Position numbers and translations under genes: made by a program. From an uncultured Armatimonadetes bacterium (lineage in GTDB: Bacteria; Armatimonadota; UBA5829): a stretch of DNA of 64,000 bases. The stretch is from contig CAVQDB010000005.1 of the NCBI GenBank assembly GCA_963711155.1, positions 1,923,298 through 1,987,297 on the forward strand, written 5' to 3'. Below are positions 9,504-19,412 of this stretch, one piece after another (position 1 is the first letter of the stretch; every line of letters begins with the position of its first letter). Under the pieces are notes generated by a model, which did no database searches, was not told where the DNA came from, and was given only the letters and a program-made list of their open reading frames with translations.

Positions 9504-10223
9504 ATGGCAACCAACACCTTGATAGAATGGACCGAATCGACATGGAACCCTGTAACGGGCTGCACCAAGGTCAGCGCGGGCTGTGCAAACTGCTACGCCG
9601 AGCGCATGGCAATGCGCCTGCAGGCAATGGGGCAGGCGAACTACCGCAACGGGTTCGCTGTCACGATGCACGAGCACGCGCTTGACCTGCCGCTGCGGTG
9701 GCGGAAGCCTCAGATGATCTTTGTGAACTCCATGAGCGATCTGTTCCACGAGGACGTGCCGGTCGAGTTCATTCTGCGAGTGTTTGAAGTAATGAGGCAA
9801 GCACACTGGCATCGATTTCAGATTCTGACAAAGCGATCCGCCCGGCTCGCCGAACTCGATCCGATACTGCCCTGGGCAGCAAACATCTGGATGGGCGTCA
9901 CCGTCGAGAACCAGGACTGCATGGCCCGCATCGGCGAACTCAAGAAATGCGGCGCTGCGGTCAAGTTCCTTTCACTTGAGCCGCTCCTCGGGCCGCTGCC
10001 GGACCTGCCCCTCGACGGCATCGATTGGGTGATAGTGGGCGGCGAGTCCGGCGTGGGCGCGCGGCCGATCTTGTCTGAATGGGTGACGGATATCCGGGAC
10101 CAGTGCATCGAATCCGACACGCCGTTCTTCTTTAAGCAGTGGGGCGGGGTCAACAAGAAGGCCGCCGGGCGCAAGCTCGACGACCGCGAATGGGACGAGA
10201 TGCCGGACCTCGCCGCCGGCTGA
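9504..10223 (+). CDS. DUF5131 (phage Gp37/Gp68) family protein
   Basis: [30 protein letters not shown] is the hallmark N-terminus. WIWMGVTVE and WVIVGGESG motifs. 4-nt gap to tcmP. Confidence 0.75.
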   Translation: MATNTLIEWTESTWNPVTGCTKVSAGCANCYAERMAMRLQAMGQANYRNGFAVTMHEHALDLPLRWRKPQMIFVNSMSDLFHEDVPVEFILRVFEVMRQAHWHRFQILTKRSARLAELDPILPWAANIWMGVTVENQDCMARIGELKKCGAAVKFLSLEPLLGPLPDLPLDGIDWVIVGGESGVGARPILSEWVTDIRDQCIESDTPFFFKQWGGVNKKAAGRKLDDREWDEMPDLAAG

Positions 10224-10227
10224 GCAC

Positions 10228-11328
10228 ATGAACACGATAGAAGGCACTGCCAAACAGCCTGGAATCGCGATCGCGGTGGCGGCGGTGGTTGATGCGAGAA
10301 GAGGCATCAACGCGGTGTCTCCCGCCCTGCTGCAGGAGGGCATATCGGCGCTGATGCGGGCGGCCAAGCCTGCCGACTACCCCGAGGCGATAATCGCGTG
10401 CGACAGCCTCGCCGTTGGCACAATCACGAGAATTCCGGGGATCAGCACGGCCGGCATCGCGGCGGAATCCGACACGGACGTGCCGGGAATCGACATCGAA
10501 ACGCCGTGCGTGATCGGCCTGACGGACCTGCTGAGATCGATCTCCGAGGGCGACATTCTGATCGTGGACGGTTACAGAGGCGAGGTTCACATCGACCCCG
10601 ACCCTCAAACGGTAATGCACTACCAGCAGGCGCAGGAGCGCCGCAACATGCGCGAGAAGGTCTTCATCACCTCCGAGCACATTCCCGCGCGCACGCAGTC
10701 TGGGGAGACGGTGCTGGTCTACGCTCAGCTATCCAAAAAAGGTGACAGACACCTTTTAGATTCGTGCTCAGAAAAGGTGTCTGTCACCTTTTTGGAGACG
10801 GCGCTTGAGGCGGGCGCGGACGGGCTGCTGGTGGATGCGCGCGGAATGGCGGACGTGGGCGGCGTTTCGGGTGAGATCCTGCGCGAGGCGGCCGGGAAGC
10901 CGGTGGTGTTGGTGGTGGATATGCACGTTATGGACGTGCTGCGCGCGGCGATGGCGTACTGCGCGCCGGGACAGGTGACGCTCGTCGGCGATGACTCTGA
11001 GCATCTGGCATCGCAGGTCGAGTCGGCGATGGACATTATCGTGCTCGAAGCACTGCAGCTGGACATCGAAGCGCCCGATGTCAAAGTCGGCGGCATCGCG
11101 CACGCGGGCATGTGCGATCCCAACGACCCGTCGCTGATCGCGATCGACGCGGCCGACTGCGGCATTGAGGACTTGCCCCAAATGCGTGAGGAAAGAATAG
11201 TCATAATCGGCGGCCGGCTCAAGGCAATCGAGCCGCTGGTGAAGGCCGGCGTCAGGCGGATCGCGGTCGAGCCCGAACTCGTAGGCGACGCCAAGTACGC
11301 GATACGTTCGATAGCACCCGAGGGCTGA
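10228..11328 (+). CDS. PEP-utilising enzyme (PtsI)-like protein lacking an obvious phospho-His motif
   Basis: Swivel-domain-like CVIGLTDLLRSISEGDILIVDGYRGEVHIDPDP. No GGxTSH motif seen. 4-nt gap to the DUF5131 gene. Carries the 63-nt palindrome at 10733..10795. Confidence 0.45.
   Translation: MNTIEGTAKQPGIAIAVAAVVDARRGINAVSPALLQEGISALMRAAKPADYPEAIIACDSLAVGTITRIPGISTAGIAAESDTDVPGIDIETPCVIGLTDLLRSISEGDILIVDGYRGEVHIDPDPQTVMHYQQAQERRNMREKVFITSEHIPARTQSGETVLVYAQLSKKGDRHLLDSCSEKVSVTFLETALEAGADGLLVDARGMADVGGVSGEILREAAGKPVVLVVDMHVMDVLRAAMAYCAPGQVTLVGDDSEHLASQVESAMDIIVLEALQLDIEAPDVKVGGIAHAGMCDPNDPSLIAIDAADCGIEDLPQMREERIVIIGGRLKAIEPLVKAGVRRIAVEPELVGDAKYAIRSIAPEG
10733..10795. repeat. 63-nt AT-rich palindrome inserted in-frame in the PtsI-like CDS
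   Basis: CCAAAAAAGGTGACAGACACCTTTT, 14-nt loop, AAAAGGTGTCTGTCACCTTTTTGG. Exactly 21 codons (SKKGDRHLLDSCSEKVSVTFL). Confidence 0.8.
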
Positions 11329-11334
11329 TCACGA

Positions 11335-11412
11335 AGGGAGAATCGGGAAAGGGAGAAAATCAGAAATGGAGAAAGGGCTTTCTCCCTTTCTAGTTTTCCC
11401 CTTTTTCCGATG
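11335..11412. repeat. purine-rich imperfect palindrome (GAAGGGAGAATCGG family), copy B
   Basis: gaagggagaatcgggaaagggagaaaatcagaaatggagaaaggg / ctttctccctttctagttttcccctttttccgatg, 7 nt after the stop of 10228..11328. Confidence 0.55.
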
Positions 11413-11434
11413 AAAGAGAACCGGAGGACCGAAC

Positions 11435-12409
11435 TTGAAGTTTGCTGCGTGGATGGCGTATCACATGGAATCGCGGGAGATCGTGGACGACTACATCAGG
11501 CGGGCCGCGGTCGCCCTGCGCGGGCACGAGTTCGTGATATGCGAGAATGAGGAGTCGATCAAGCGCGAGATCGCCGACGCCGATGCGGTCATCTGCTGGA
11601 AGATGACGCCGGAGGTGTTCGCGTGCGCGCGGAAGCTGAAGTGGATTCAGTTCGGCAGCGCCGGCATCGACCACACGATCTTCCCCGAGCTGCTCGCCAG
11701 CGACGTGATCCTCACAACAATGAGCGGCATCCACGCCATTCCCGTCTCCGAGCACGTGCTTGCGCTGATGCTCGCGATGACCCGCCGTCTCGATCTCGCG
11801 CACAGGCTTCAACTCGAACACCGCTTCGAGCGCACGGAGTTGGCATGGACCGCGGGGGAATTGGCCGGCAAGACCCTCGGCATCATCGGCCTGGGCAATA
11901 TCGGCCTGGCAATCGCGCACCTGGCGCGGGCGTTCGGGATGCGGGTGGTCGGCACGAAGCGGACCGCTGATGGTGACCTGCCCGGCGTGGATCGCGTCTA
12001 CGCGCCCGACGAGCTCGACGACATGCTGCCGGAAGTGGACTGCCTGGTGATGGTCGTGCCCCTGACGGAGGCCACCCGCGCGCTGATCGGGAGGCGCGAA
12101 ATCGAGCTGATGAAGCCGGGCTCGTATCTGGTAAACGTCGCGCGCGGCGCGATGCTCGACCACGATGCGCTCGGTGACGCCATTCGATCGGGCCAACTCG
12201 CCGGCGCGGCACTCGACGTCTTCCCGGAGGAGCCGCTGCCGCCCGACAGCCCGATCTACGACCTGCCCAACCTCATTATGACCCCACACACCGGCAGCTC
12301 CGGCAGGCGCTACGGCGAGCGCGCCGCGCAGGTCTTCGAGCGCAACCTCTCCTCGTTTGCCGCCGGCCACGAGATGATGAACGTGTACGACAGGGGAAGG
12401 GGATATTAG
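11435..12409 (+). CDS. D-isomer-specific 2-hydroxyacid dehydrogenase (NAD-binding)
   Basis: GKTLGIIGLGNIGLAIAHLARAFGMRVVG dinucleotide fold. VNVARGAMLD and PNLIMTPH motifs. Start uncertain (TTG 11435 or ATG 11450). Confidence 0.8.
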   Translation: MKFAAWMAYHMESREIVDDYIRRAAVALRGHEFVICENEESIKREIADADAVICWKMTPEVFACARKLKWIQFGSAGIDHTIFPELLASDVILTTMSGIHAIPVSEHVLALMLAMTRRLDLAHRLQLEHRFERTELAWTAGELAGKTLGIIGLGNIGLAIAHLARAFGMRVVGTKRTADGDLPGVDRVYAPDELDDMLPEVDCLVMVVPLTEATRALIGRREIELMKPGSYLVNVARGAMLDHDALGDAIRSGQLAGAALDVFPEEPLPPDSPIYDLPNLIMTPHTGSSGRRYGERAAQVFERNLSSFAAGHEMMNVYDRGRGY

Positions 12410-12492
12410 TTACGAGTTACGAAATACGGAAATACGAATCCGGGAGACGGTTGCAGCAACCTTGTTTCGTATTTCGTAATTCGTAATTCGTC
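12409..12492. terminator. TACGAAW heptamer-word hairpin between convergent stop codons
   Basis: gttacgagttacgaaatacggaaatacgaa, 26-nt loop, tttcgtatttcgtaattcgtaattcgt. It fills the gap between the stops at 12407-09 (+) and 12491-93 (-) exactly. Confidence 0.6.
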
Positions 12493-13634
12493 ATTGCTCT
12501 TCCGCCCACGCGTGCGCCGCCCGCCGCTCCTCCCACGGCGGCGGTTCGGGGATGCCGAAGGTCTCGCGCTTGCGCTTGAGGTAGTAGAGGTAGTTCTCGT
12601 AGGTTACGTCCGGCGGGACGCGGTGGTCCACGTGCGGGACGCAGCCGCCCTGCTCCACCAGCGGCCTTATCCGCTCGATCTCTCTGTCGATCGCGTCCTT
12701 TCCGGCGATGAGCTGGGTCTTGTCCACGCCACCGGCAAGCAGCACCCTCCGGCCGAACTGCTCCCGCATCCAGTAGGGGTCCGTGCCGCCGCGAATCTCC
12801 AGCGGGAACATGATGTTGACACCTCCGTCCAGCCAGCAATCGACCACGCAGTTGATGTTGCCGTCGCAATCGACTATCGCGAACTCGCAGCCGTTCGCGC
12901 GAAAGAGGTCGGTAAGCCTCTTGTAGTGCGGGGTCAGCCACCTGCGGAACATCGACGGCGATATGATCGGGCCGTGGTTGAACGCCATGTCCTCCCAGAA
13001 GGTCAGCAGATCGAACTGCACCTCGGTCGCGGCGCGCTTGAGAAGCTGGTATTGGAACTCGGTGAGATAGTCGATCATCTCCTCGACCCACGCCGGGGTC
13101 GTCCATGCACGCGATTGCTATGTTCTCGAACCCCATCCAGTCGCGAATCCAGCCGAACAGGCTGCCCGCGCCTATGCACAACGACGCGCTCCGGATTGCG
13201 TACCCGCTGCTTCCACGCCTCCCAGTCCGCGTCACTGGGATAGCGGCTGGGATCGGCGGGATCGAACTTCGTCTTGAACTCGTCCCAATCCTGGCGGGTC
13301 TCGATCGGGAACTTGAGGTAGAGCGGGATCGAGGAGGAGCCGTCCGTGTAGATCATCTTGGTGGCGCCGTCGTGGTCGATGATCTTGCGGTAGCGGTCGC
13401 CTTCCTCAAGGACCTTGTACTCGAATCCGGGAATGGCGCCGTTGCGCACCGGCGCGCCCATCTTGCCCTCAAACCGAAGAAGACGTCGGCCCTGCCGTTG
13501 TTGTTGACGTATTCCGGCAGGCCCTGTTTGTGCCACTCGGGGAAGGTCTCGTTCCAGTAGCCGAACTCCTCGTCCGGCACGTGGTCCACGGGCTGGAAGC
13601 GCATGCACGCCAGCCACCGTTCTCTGCTGTTCAT
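12491..13634 (-). CDS. uroporphyrinogen decarboxylase (URO-D) family protein, three frameshifts as assembled
   Basis: Pieces in four frames join into MNSRERWLACMRFQPVDHVPDEEFGYW... FEGKMGAP...KIIDHDG... SLFGWIRDWMGFENIAIACMDDPG... MIDYLTEF...GGCVPHVDHRVPPDV. Shifts at ~13470, ~13185 and ~13093. Confidence 0.65.
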
Positions 13635-13712
13635 CGATCGCCCTCAATTCCGAGAGTTGGTTATAGAGAACAGCTTAGAGGCGAGGTTGGGGATTCCTTC
13701 CGCCGAGTCGCG

Positions 13713-13748
13713 ACCCCTCCCCAACCCACCCCGCCGCAGGGAGGGGGT
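13713..13748 (-). terminator. G/C-run hairpin just downstream of the PP2C gene stop
   Basis: cccctccc (13714-21) pairs with gggagggg (13739-46). It lies immediately 3' of the minus-strand stop at 13748-50. Confidence 0.4.
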
Positions 13749-15445
13749 TACAGCGCGCGGATTGCGAGCAGGGCGGCATCGTCGGCGAGCACGCCGCCAG
13801 CGAACTGCTGGGCCTCGCGCACGATCACATTGACCAGATCGACGAGCGGGACGTCGGCGTGTGACCTCAGCAGATCCATCAATCGGTCCTGTCCGAGGCG
13901 GTCTGCGCCCGATCCGGCGTCGGTGATGCCGTCGGTGTAGAGCACGACCACATCGCCCGCCGCAAGCTCGACAGACTGAGTGGTGTATTCCGAGCCCTCC
14001 ATCAGCGCGAGCGCGCGACCGGTCACCTCCAGCATGCAGACGTCTCCCTTGCACGCGCTTCGCAGGAGAGGGTGTTCATGTCCGGCATTGGAATAGGTGA
14101 ACACCCGCTTGCTTGTGTCCAAGGTGCCGTAGGCCAGCGTGACGAACACCTCACTGGGCGTGCATGCGGATAGCGCGTCGTTAAGGCGGGCCAGGACCTT
14201 GCATGGATCGCTCTCTTCGAGCGCGTAGGCGCGGAGTATGTATTTGGTCATCGCCGTGTAGACGGCGGACTTGAGGCCCTTGCCGGCAACGTCTGCCATC
14301 ACGATCGCGAACTCGTCCTTGCCGACGCGGAAGATGTCGCAGAAATCGCCGCCGACCATGGACGCGTCCTTCGCGGGATGATACGCCTGCTCGTATTCGA
14401 AGCCGTCCATCTGGGGCAGGTCGAACGCGAGAAACGTCTCCTGCAGTTTGACGGCGATGGCGTGTTCGCGCTCATAGCTTTCCTGGATCTGCTCCTGCGC
14501 ACGCATCTCCTGAGTGATATCCGAAAGGGCGGCGACAACGCCCATGATGTCTCCGTTGGCGTCAGTAAGTGGCGCCGAGTCTACACGAAGCGTAATCCTC
14601 ATCCCCTGCTGCAAGCAGCACACGTCCAGGACTTCATTTCTGCAGGTTTCGCCTTTGAGCGACCGCGGCACGGGCAGTCGGTCGACGGGTATCGCGCGAT
14701 CCTCGGCGTCGCGCAGCCGGACGGTCGGCGGCAGCGACCCTACCGTCGGGCTCGCGCCGAGCCAGTCCGGCAAGCCTGCCGAACCGAAGAGCTGCTGCGC
14801 CGCGGAGTTGAATGCGGTAACCGTGCGGTTCGCGTCGAATACCAGCAGAGGCACGGGAACAGCCTCGATAACGGCATTGAGTTTGGACCTTTCCAATTCC
14901 GTTTCCGCCGCGCGGCGCTCGGCAAGCACGGCGAAGTTGGCAAGCTGCTCGCGAGCCAGCACTTCATCGGTCACCTCAAGCGCGACCATCGCGACGGCGT
15001 CGTGAGGGCCATCGCCGGACGACAGCCTTACGGGGATCGCTGAACCGCTCCAGTAAGTTACGCCCTTTGAGAACCCATCGTAGCGGAAGTTCTTGACGCG
15101 GACAGCCCTGCCCTTATCGAGCGCGCGGCGCAGGATCGGGGCTATACCGCACTCATCGGCGTTTGGGAGAAGCTCGTGGACAGGGGTGCCGAGCGAGAAC
15201 TCGATGGCGGCATCGAAGAACTCCTTATAGGCCCTGTTTGCCCCAAGAAGACGCAGATCGGCGTCCAAAAGCAGGACACCGAACGGCACGTTGTGCATCA
15301 GCAGCTCGAGCGCCGGATGCCGCTGTTTTATGTCCGAAAGTCGGGTGAGCGATTCGACTACGGCGTCGAGTCCTTCGACTTCCAGCCCAACACGATCCTC
15401 AACGCGCAACGCCTGTCTTCTTGCTCGCGTCTTTCCGATACTCAT
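13748..15445 (-). CDS. PAS-sensor PP2C (SpoIIE/RsbU-type) serine phosphatase
   Basis: C-terminal GGDFCDIF...DVAGKGLKSA...LYTDGITDA PP2C motifs, with two PAS-like regions upstream. ATG 15445 is preceded by GGAGG. Confidence 0.8.
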   Translation of the reverse strand: MSIGKTRARRQALRVEDRVGLEVEGLDAVVESLTRLSDIKQRHPALELLMHNVPFGVLLLDADLRLLGANRAYKEFFDAAIEFSLGTPVHELLPNADECGIAPILRRALDKGRAVRVKNFRYDGFSKGVTYWSGSAIPVRLSSGDGPHDAVAMVALEVTDEVLAREQLANFAVLAERRAAETELERSKLNAVIEAVPVPLLVFDANRTVTAFNSAAQQLFGSAGLPDWLGASPTVGSLPPTVRLRDAEDRAIPVDRLPVPRSLKGETCRNEVLDVCCLQQGMRITLRVDSAPLTDANGDIMGVVAALSDITQEMRAQEQIQESYEREHAIAVKLQETFLAFDLPQMDGFEYEQAYHPAKDASMVGGDFCDIFRVGKDEFAIVMADVAGKGLKSAVYTAMTKYILRAYALEESDPCKVLARLNDALSACTPSEVFVTLAYGTLDTSKRVFTYSNAGHEHPLLRSACKGDVCMLEVTGRALALMEGSEYTTQSVELAAGDVVVLYTDGITDAGSGADRLGQDRLMDLLRSHADVPLVDLVNVIVREAQQFAGGVLADDAALLAIRAL

Positions 15446-15811
15446 CTTCTTCACATACCTCCAACCTGGAGAGTGATAAGGCCAGACTATCGGCAGACCA
15501 AAGCGGCGGAACCACCCTAGAGCAAGCCACCGCCCAGAGTTGCAGAATGGCAATATAGCACATCAAGATTTCGTTGTCAAGAGTCACCAAAAAGAAAGTT
15601 TGTGTTACATGCGACAAACTAGCCCATCGTGTCACCCGATGGGCTGTCGGCGCGTGGCGCGGAGATGTCCTCGACAAATACCGCTCCGCAAAGGTGAAAA
15701 AACGGCAGAGTAATGCAGCCTTGACCATGCAGCATCGAGGTGCGGCGCCGCCTTGACCGGGCGGTGCAGGATATGATAGACTTCCACCTGTAATCGAGCG
15801 TGGAGGTGCGT

Positions 15812-16408
15812 ATGGCTGTCGATTCCGGCGCCCAGGTCGGTCTGGAAGAGAAAGTGCGACGAGCGGTGACGTGGTGGCGCGTGCCGCTGATGGCTGTCGC
15901 TGCGGCTGCGCTGGTCGCGTTCATGCACGACGCGCGGGCGTTCTGGTATGGGGCGCCGGTGGCTGTGCTGGGCGAGCTCATCCAGATGTGGGCCGGCTCG
16001 CAGCTTCACAAGGACAAGCACCTCACCATTTCCGGCCCGTATTCCCACGTCCGCAATCCCATGTATATCGGACGGTTCGTGCTCGGCATGGGGTTCTTCA
16101 TAATGACCCTCAATCCTTATCTGATAGCCGGCTACGTCGTGCTTTTCGCGGCCTACGCCCACATGCGGGTCAATCGCGAGGAAAGCCGGCTGAGGGTAAT
16201 ATTCGAGCCGGACTATCAGCACTACTGCTCCGAAATCCGCCGCTGGCTGCCCCGGCTTCGTCCGTATTCGCGGTCGGAGGCCAAGAACGCGAGCTGGGCG
16301 CAGGTGTGCGCCAACCACGAGAACATCAACATGCTGGGCTTGCTCGCCGTGCTCGCGGCGGTCTACGCCCGCATCATTGCCTGGCCGCACTGGTTTCCTC
16401 GCTTCTAG
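15812..16408 (+). CDS. isoprenylcysteine carboxyl / phospholipid methyltransferase family membrane protein
   Basis: LTISGPYSHVRNPMYIGRFVLGMGF...REESRLRVIFEPDYQHY is the ICMT/PEMT signature. GGAGG lies 6 nt before ATG 15812. Confidence 0.7.
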   Translation: MAVDSGAQVGLEEKVRRAVTWWRVPLMAVAAAALVAFMHDARAFWYGAPVAVLGELIQMWAGSQLHKDKHLTISGPYSHVRNPMYIGRFVLGMGFFIMTLNPYLIAGYVVLFAAYAHMRVNREESRLRVIFEPDYQHYCSEIRRWLPRLRPYSRSEAKNASWAQVCANHENINMLGLLAVLAAVYARIIAWPHWFPRF

Positions 16409-16482
16409 GTCCGTGGGTCCGTCCACCGCTGGTTTAGACTGCCGCTTAAGCTGGTATAGCGTACGCTAGAGGGCCAAAGACC

Positions 16483-16854
16483 GTGATGACCAGTGCGAAC
16501 GAAGAGATCTTCACCACATGGACAAAGGAACTCGGCGACTCTGTGTCAGTCGCGTATCTCTGTGGCGAACTGGACGCGTCGAGCGTTCCACTGCTGCTGG
16601 ACTACCTGCATCCGCTGATGAGCGGGAACGGTAACATTGTCGTGGACGCCCATCTGCTCTCGTACATCGACAGCACCGGCCTGAGCGCGTTGCTGTCGAT
16701 CAAGCAGGCGTTGGAACGTTCCGGCCGCAGCCTGTGTATCGTGGGAGCGCACGGATTGCTGACCAAGATCCTTCAGCTGACGCGCGCTGATCACGAGTTC
16801 CAGTGTTACGAGACGATGGATGAGGCGTTGGCCGAGGTCGGTCAGCCTTCGTGA
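16483..16854 (+). CDS. STAS-domain anti-sigma-factor antagonist
   Basis: LSYIDSTGLSALLSIKQALERSGRSLCIVGAHGLLTKILQLTRAD is typical of SpoIIAA/RsbV. Confidence 0.8.
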   Translation: MMTSANEEIFTTWTKELGDSVSVAYLCGELDASSVPLLLDYLHPLMSGNGNIVVDAHLLSYIDSTGLSALLSIKQALERSGRSLCIVGAHGLLTKILQLTRADHEFQCYETMDEALAEVGQPS

Positions 16855-16864
16855 TCGCGGCCGA

Positions 16865-17290
16865 CTACGCCGGCCCGGCGGACGCTTTCTGCTTGATCAT
16901 CCTGACCTTTATGCCCTGATCGGTGCGGCAGTCCTCGCATTCGTCCATAAGCGCGCGCATCATCAGAACGCCCCGCCCGCGTTCCTCGTGCGCCGATGGC
17001 TCGCGGCCCTCCGGGATCGATTCGGCTGGGCTCTCGCCTTCGACTTCGACGACGAGCAGGTCGTCGAATCCGCGGCACTTGACCACAACCGCCGGCTCCC
17101 CATCCAGCGCCGACCCGTGCTCGACGGAGTTCGTGACAGCCTCGGAGACGGCCAACTCGACGTCGGCCACGTCCTCGCGCGCGAAGCCCATCGATTCCGC
17201 CAGGTTCCTGACGCCGCGCCGAACGACGGACAGATAGCGCGTATCCGCCGGTATGTGCATCTCCAAGGCTCTGAAGCGACCTTCGTTCAT
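16865..17290 (-). CDS. anti-sigma regulatory factor, serine kinase (RsbW/SpoIIAB-like HATPase)
   Basis: ELAVSEAVTNSVEHG (N-box) and ERGRGVLMMRALMDE (G-box). ATG 17290 chosen inside ORF 16865..17608. Confidence 0.7.
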   Translation of the reverse strand: MNEGRFRALEMHIPADTRYLSVVRRGVRNLAESMGFAREDVADVELAVSEAVTNSVEHGSALDGEPAVVVKCRGFDDLLVVEVEGESPAESIPEGREPSAHEERGRGVLMMRALMDECEDCRTDQGIKVRMIKQKASAGPA

Positions 17291-17337
17291 CCCCGCACCC
17301 GTCCCCATGATGTAGCAGGCAGGCGGTATGATGGACA

Positions 17338-18760
17338 TTACCCCATCCGAAGGGCAGTCAAACTCACCCGCGCGACGTAGTCCTGCCAGTGCGTCTTGCG
17401 CTTCGTGGACCCGGTCGTCATGCAGCGGACCTTGCCGAACACGGGCCGCTCGGCGAACGGCCGGTCGTGCTTGCCGAGGATGCACCAGGCGATGTTGGTA
17501 TAGCCGTTGGGGTCGCGGCCATCGAGGGCGTATTTGTCGTTGAGGTAGATCGCGCGATAGAGAGCCTCCTCGGGCGTGGGCGACCATTCCAGGAGCTTCT
17601 TCGCCCACACCATCCGCATGTATGGGTGGATCTTGCCCGAGGACACAAGCTCCGCCTGCGCGGCGTTCCAGAGGTCGTCGTGCGTGGAGGCCGACTCCAG
17701 CTCGTCGAGTGCGTAGAGCTCGGGGCGCGGGTCAGAGGCGTGTTTGGCGAGCGTGTCGGCGGCCCAGTTGGGCGCGGCGGCGAGGGTATCGTAGAGCGGA
17801 TTATGCAGGCAGAAGTTGATCGCCAGCTCTCGGCGGACGATCAGTTGCTCGATAAAGGCGTCCATGCAGTCGTCGGGCGCATCCGATTCGCGGACGATCA
17901 GCGCGATCCGCTCCGACGCGATCTGGCCGAAGTGCAGATACGGGCTGAGTTCGCTTGAGACCGAGACGCCGATATCGTTGCGCTCGGCGGCGTATCTCGG
18001 GAGGCCGGTCTCGATGAAGCGCGACAGCCGCTCGTAAGCCTGCGAGGCGCCGCCGACGAAATGAGGCGTGGGCGGGACGTCCTGATCCACGCGCAGGCCC
18101 AACGCCATCTTCGGTGGATCGAGATCCGCCATGTCGATGCAATCCGGCGCGCCTGCGGTCCACTTGCGCCTAAGTTCGACCTCGGGTGCATCGCCCAGGC
18201 ATTCGTCAAGGACCCTCAGTATCTTCGGCCGCAGGGTGTATGCGCCCCACTCTTCGTGGTCGGAGATGCGCGCCGGCACGACGGTTCTCCGAGTCCACCT
18301 GCACGAAGCACACCTCGAGCGTTCGCGCAGCATCCGCGCGCCATGACCGGCCCACATTGAGATAGTCCTCGTCTACGACCACCGCGCACGCCCCAAACTC
18401 CTTCGCCGCACGCGCGATTCCCTCCCAGGGTCGTTCCCGCCTCATGGCAAACCCGATTCCGCGCTCCTCCAACGCCCGCGCGGTTTCCTTGAGCCCCTCC
18501 AGCATGAACTTGAACGCTCTCACGCTCGCCATTGTATACTCATCATAGAGTCCGAAGTAGGCCAGAAGCGGCTTCGACAGATCGTTGGCCAGGCCGGCGG
18601 CAAAGCTGAGCGCGGGGTTGTCGAACGCGCGCTGAGACCGCTGCATCCAGTAGATGACACAATCGCCCGACGGGTCCGCAAGACGCGTGTTGAGTTCGAC
18701 GACTCTCTTTTCGAGCATGGCGTTCATATACCCGGTTCTTGACAGATCGGCCTCAACCAC
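17338..18760 (-). CDS. phr: deoxyribodipyrimidine photolyase (class II-like), one frameshift as assembled
   Basis: The N-terminal alpha/beta domain is in ORF 18206..18760. The FAD domain (LSPYLHFGQIS, ELAINFC, IHPYMRMVWAKK, GYTNIAWC) is in ORF 17338..18357. Shift at ~18283. Confidence 0.8.
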
Positions 18761-18805
18761 CGATAATGTGACTGGAATACTGATCTGGTCATTAGTACAC
18801 GCGCC

Positions 18806-19409
18806 ATGCGAACGGAAACCGCAAAGATCGACATCAAAGACGCCATACTCGACGCCGCCGAGCGGCTGCTAGGACTCTACGGCTACGCCAAGACGACCGT
18901 GGACGACATCGCGCACGAGGCCGGCATCGGTAAGGGCACGATCTACCTGCACTTCCACAGCAAGGAGGAGATCGCGGTCTCGTGGATCGGCCGTATTAAC
19001 GAGCGGGTGCGCGCGCGGCTGTCGCAGATCGCCGAGTCGGATGGATCGCCCGCCCAGCGCCTGCGCGAGATGCTCGTGGCGCGCGTGATGGTCCGGTTCG
19101 ACAACGCGCGCAATCATGACGAAGAGCATCGACGATCTGCTGGCGGCGGTCCGCCCGATCATCGAGGCCGCCCGCGAGCGGTGGCGCGAGGCGGAAGCCG
19201 AGGTATTCGCGCGGGTGCTGGAGGACGGAAAGCGGACAGGCGTATTCGGAGATGAAGACAGCATGCAGACAGCACAGATACTGCTGCTGGCTACGAATTC
19301 GATGCTGCCCTATAACCTGTGCCCGAGGCAGCTCGGCGAACGCGACGAGATCGCCGCTACGGCGGACCGTGTGGCCCGCCTGCTTGTCAATGGAGTATTA
19401 GCGAGGTAG
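18806..19409 (+). CDS. TetR family transcriptional regulator, one frameshift as assembled
   Basis: YAKTTVDDIAHEAGIGKGTIYLHFHSKEE is the HTH. The C-terminal half is in the ORF 19116 frame. Extra c at ~19115. Divergent from phr and upstream of emrAB-like genes. Confidence 0.8.
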
Positions 19410-19412
19410 ACC

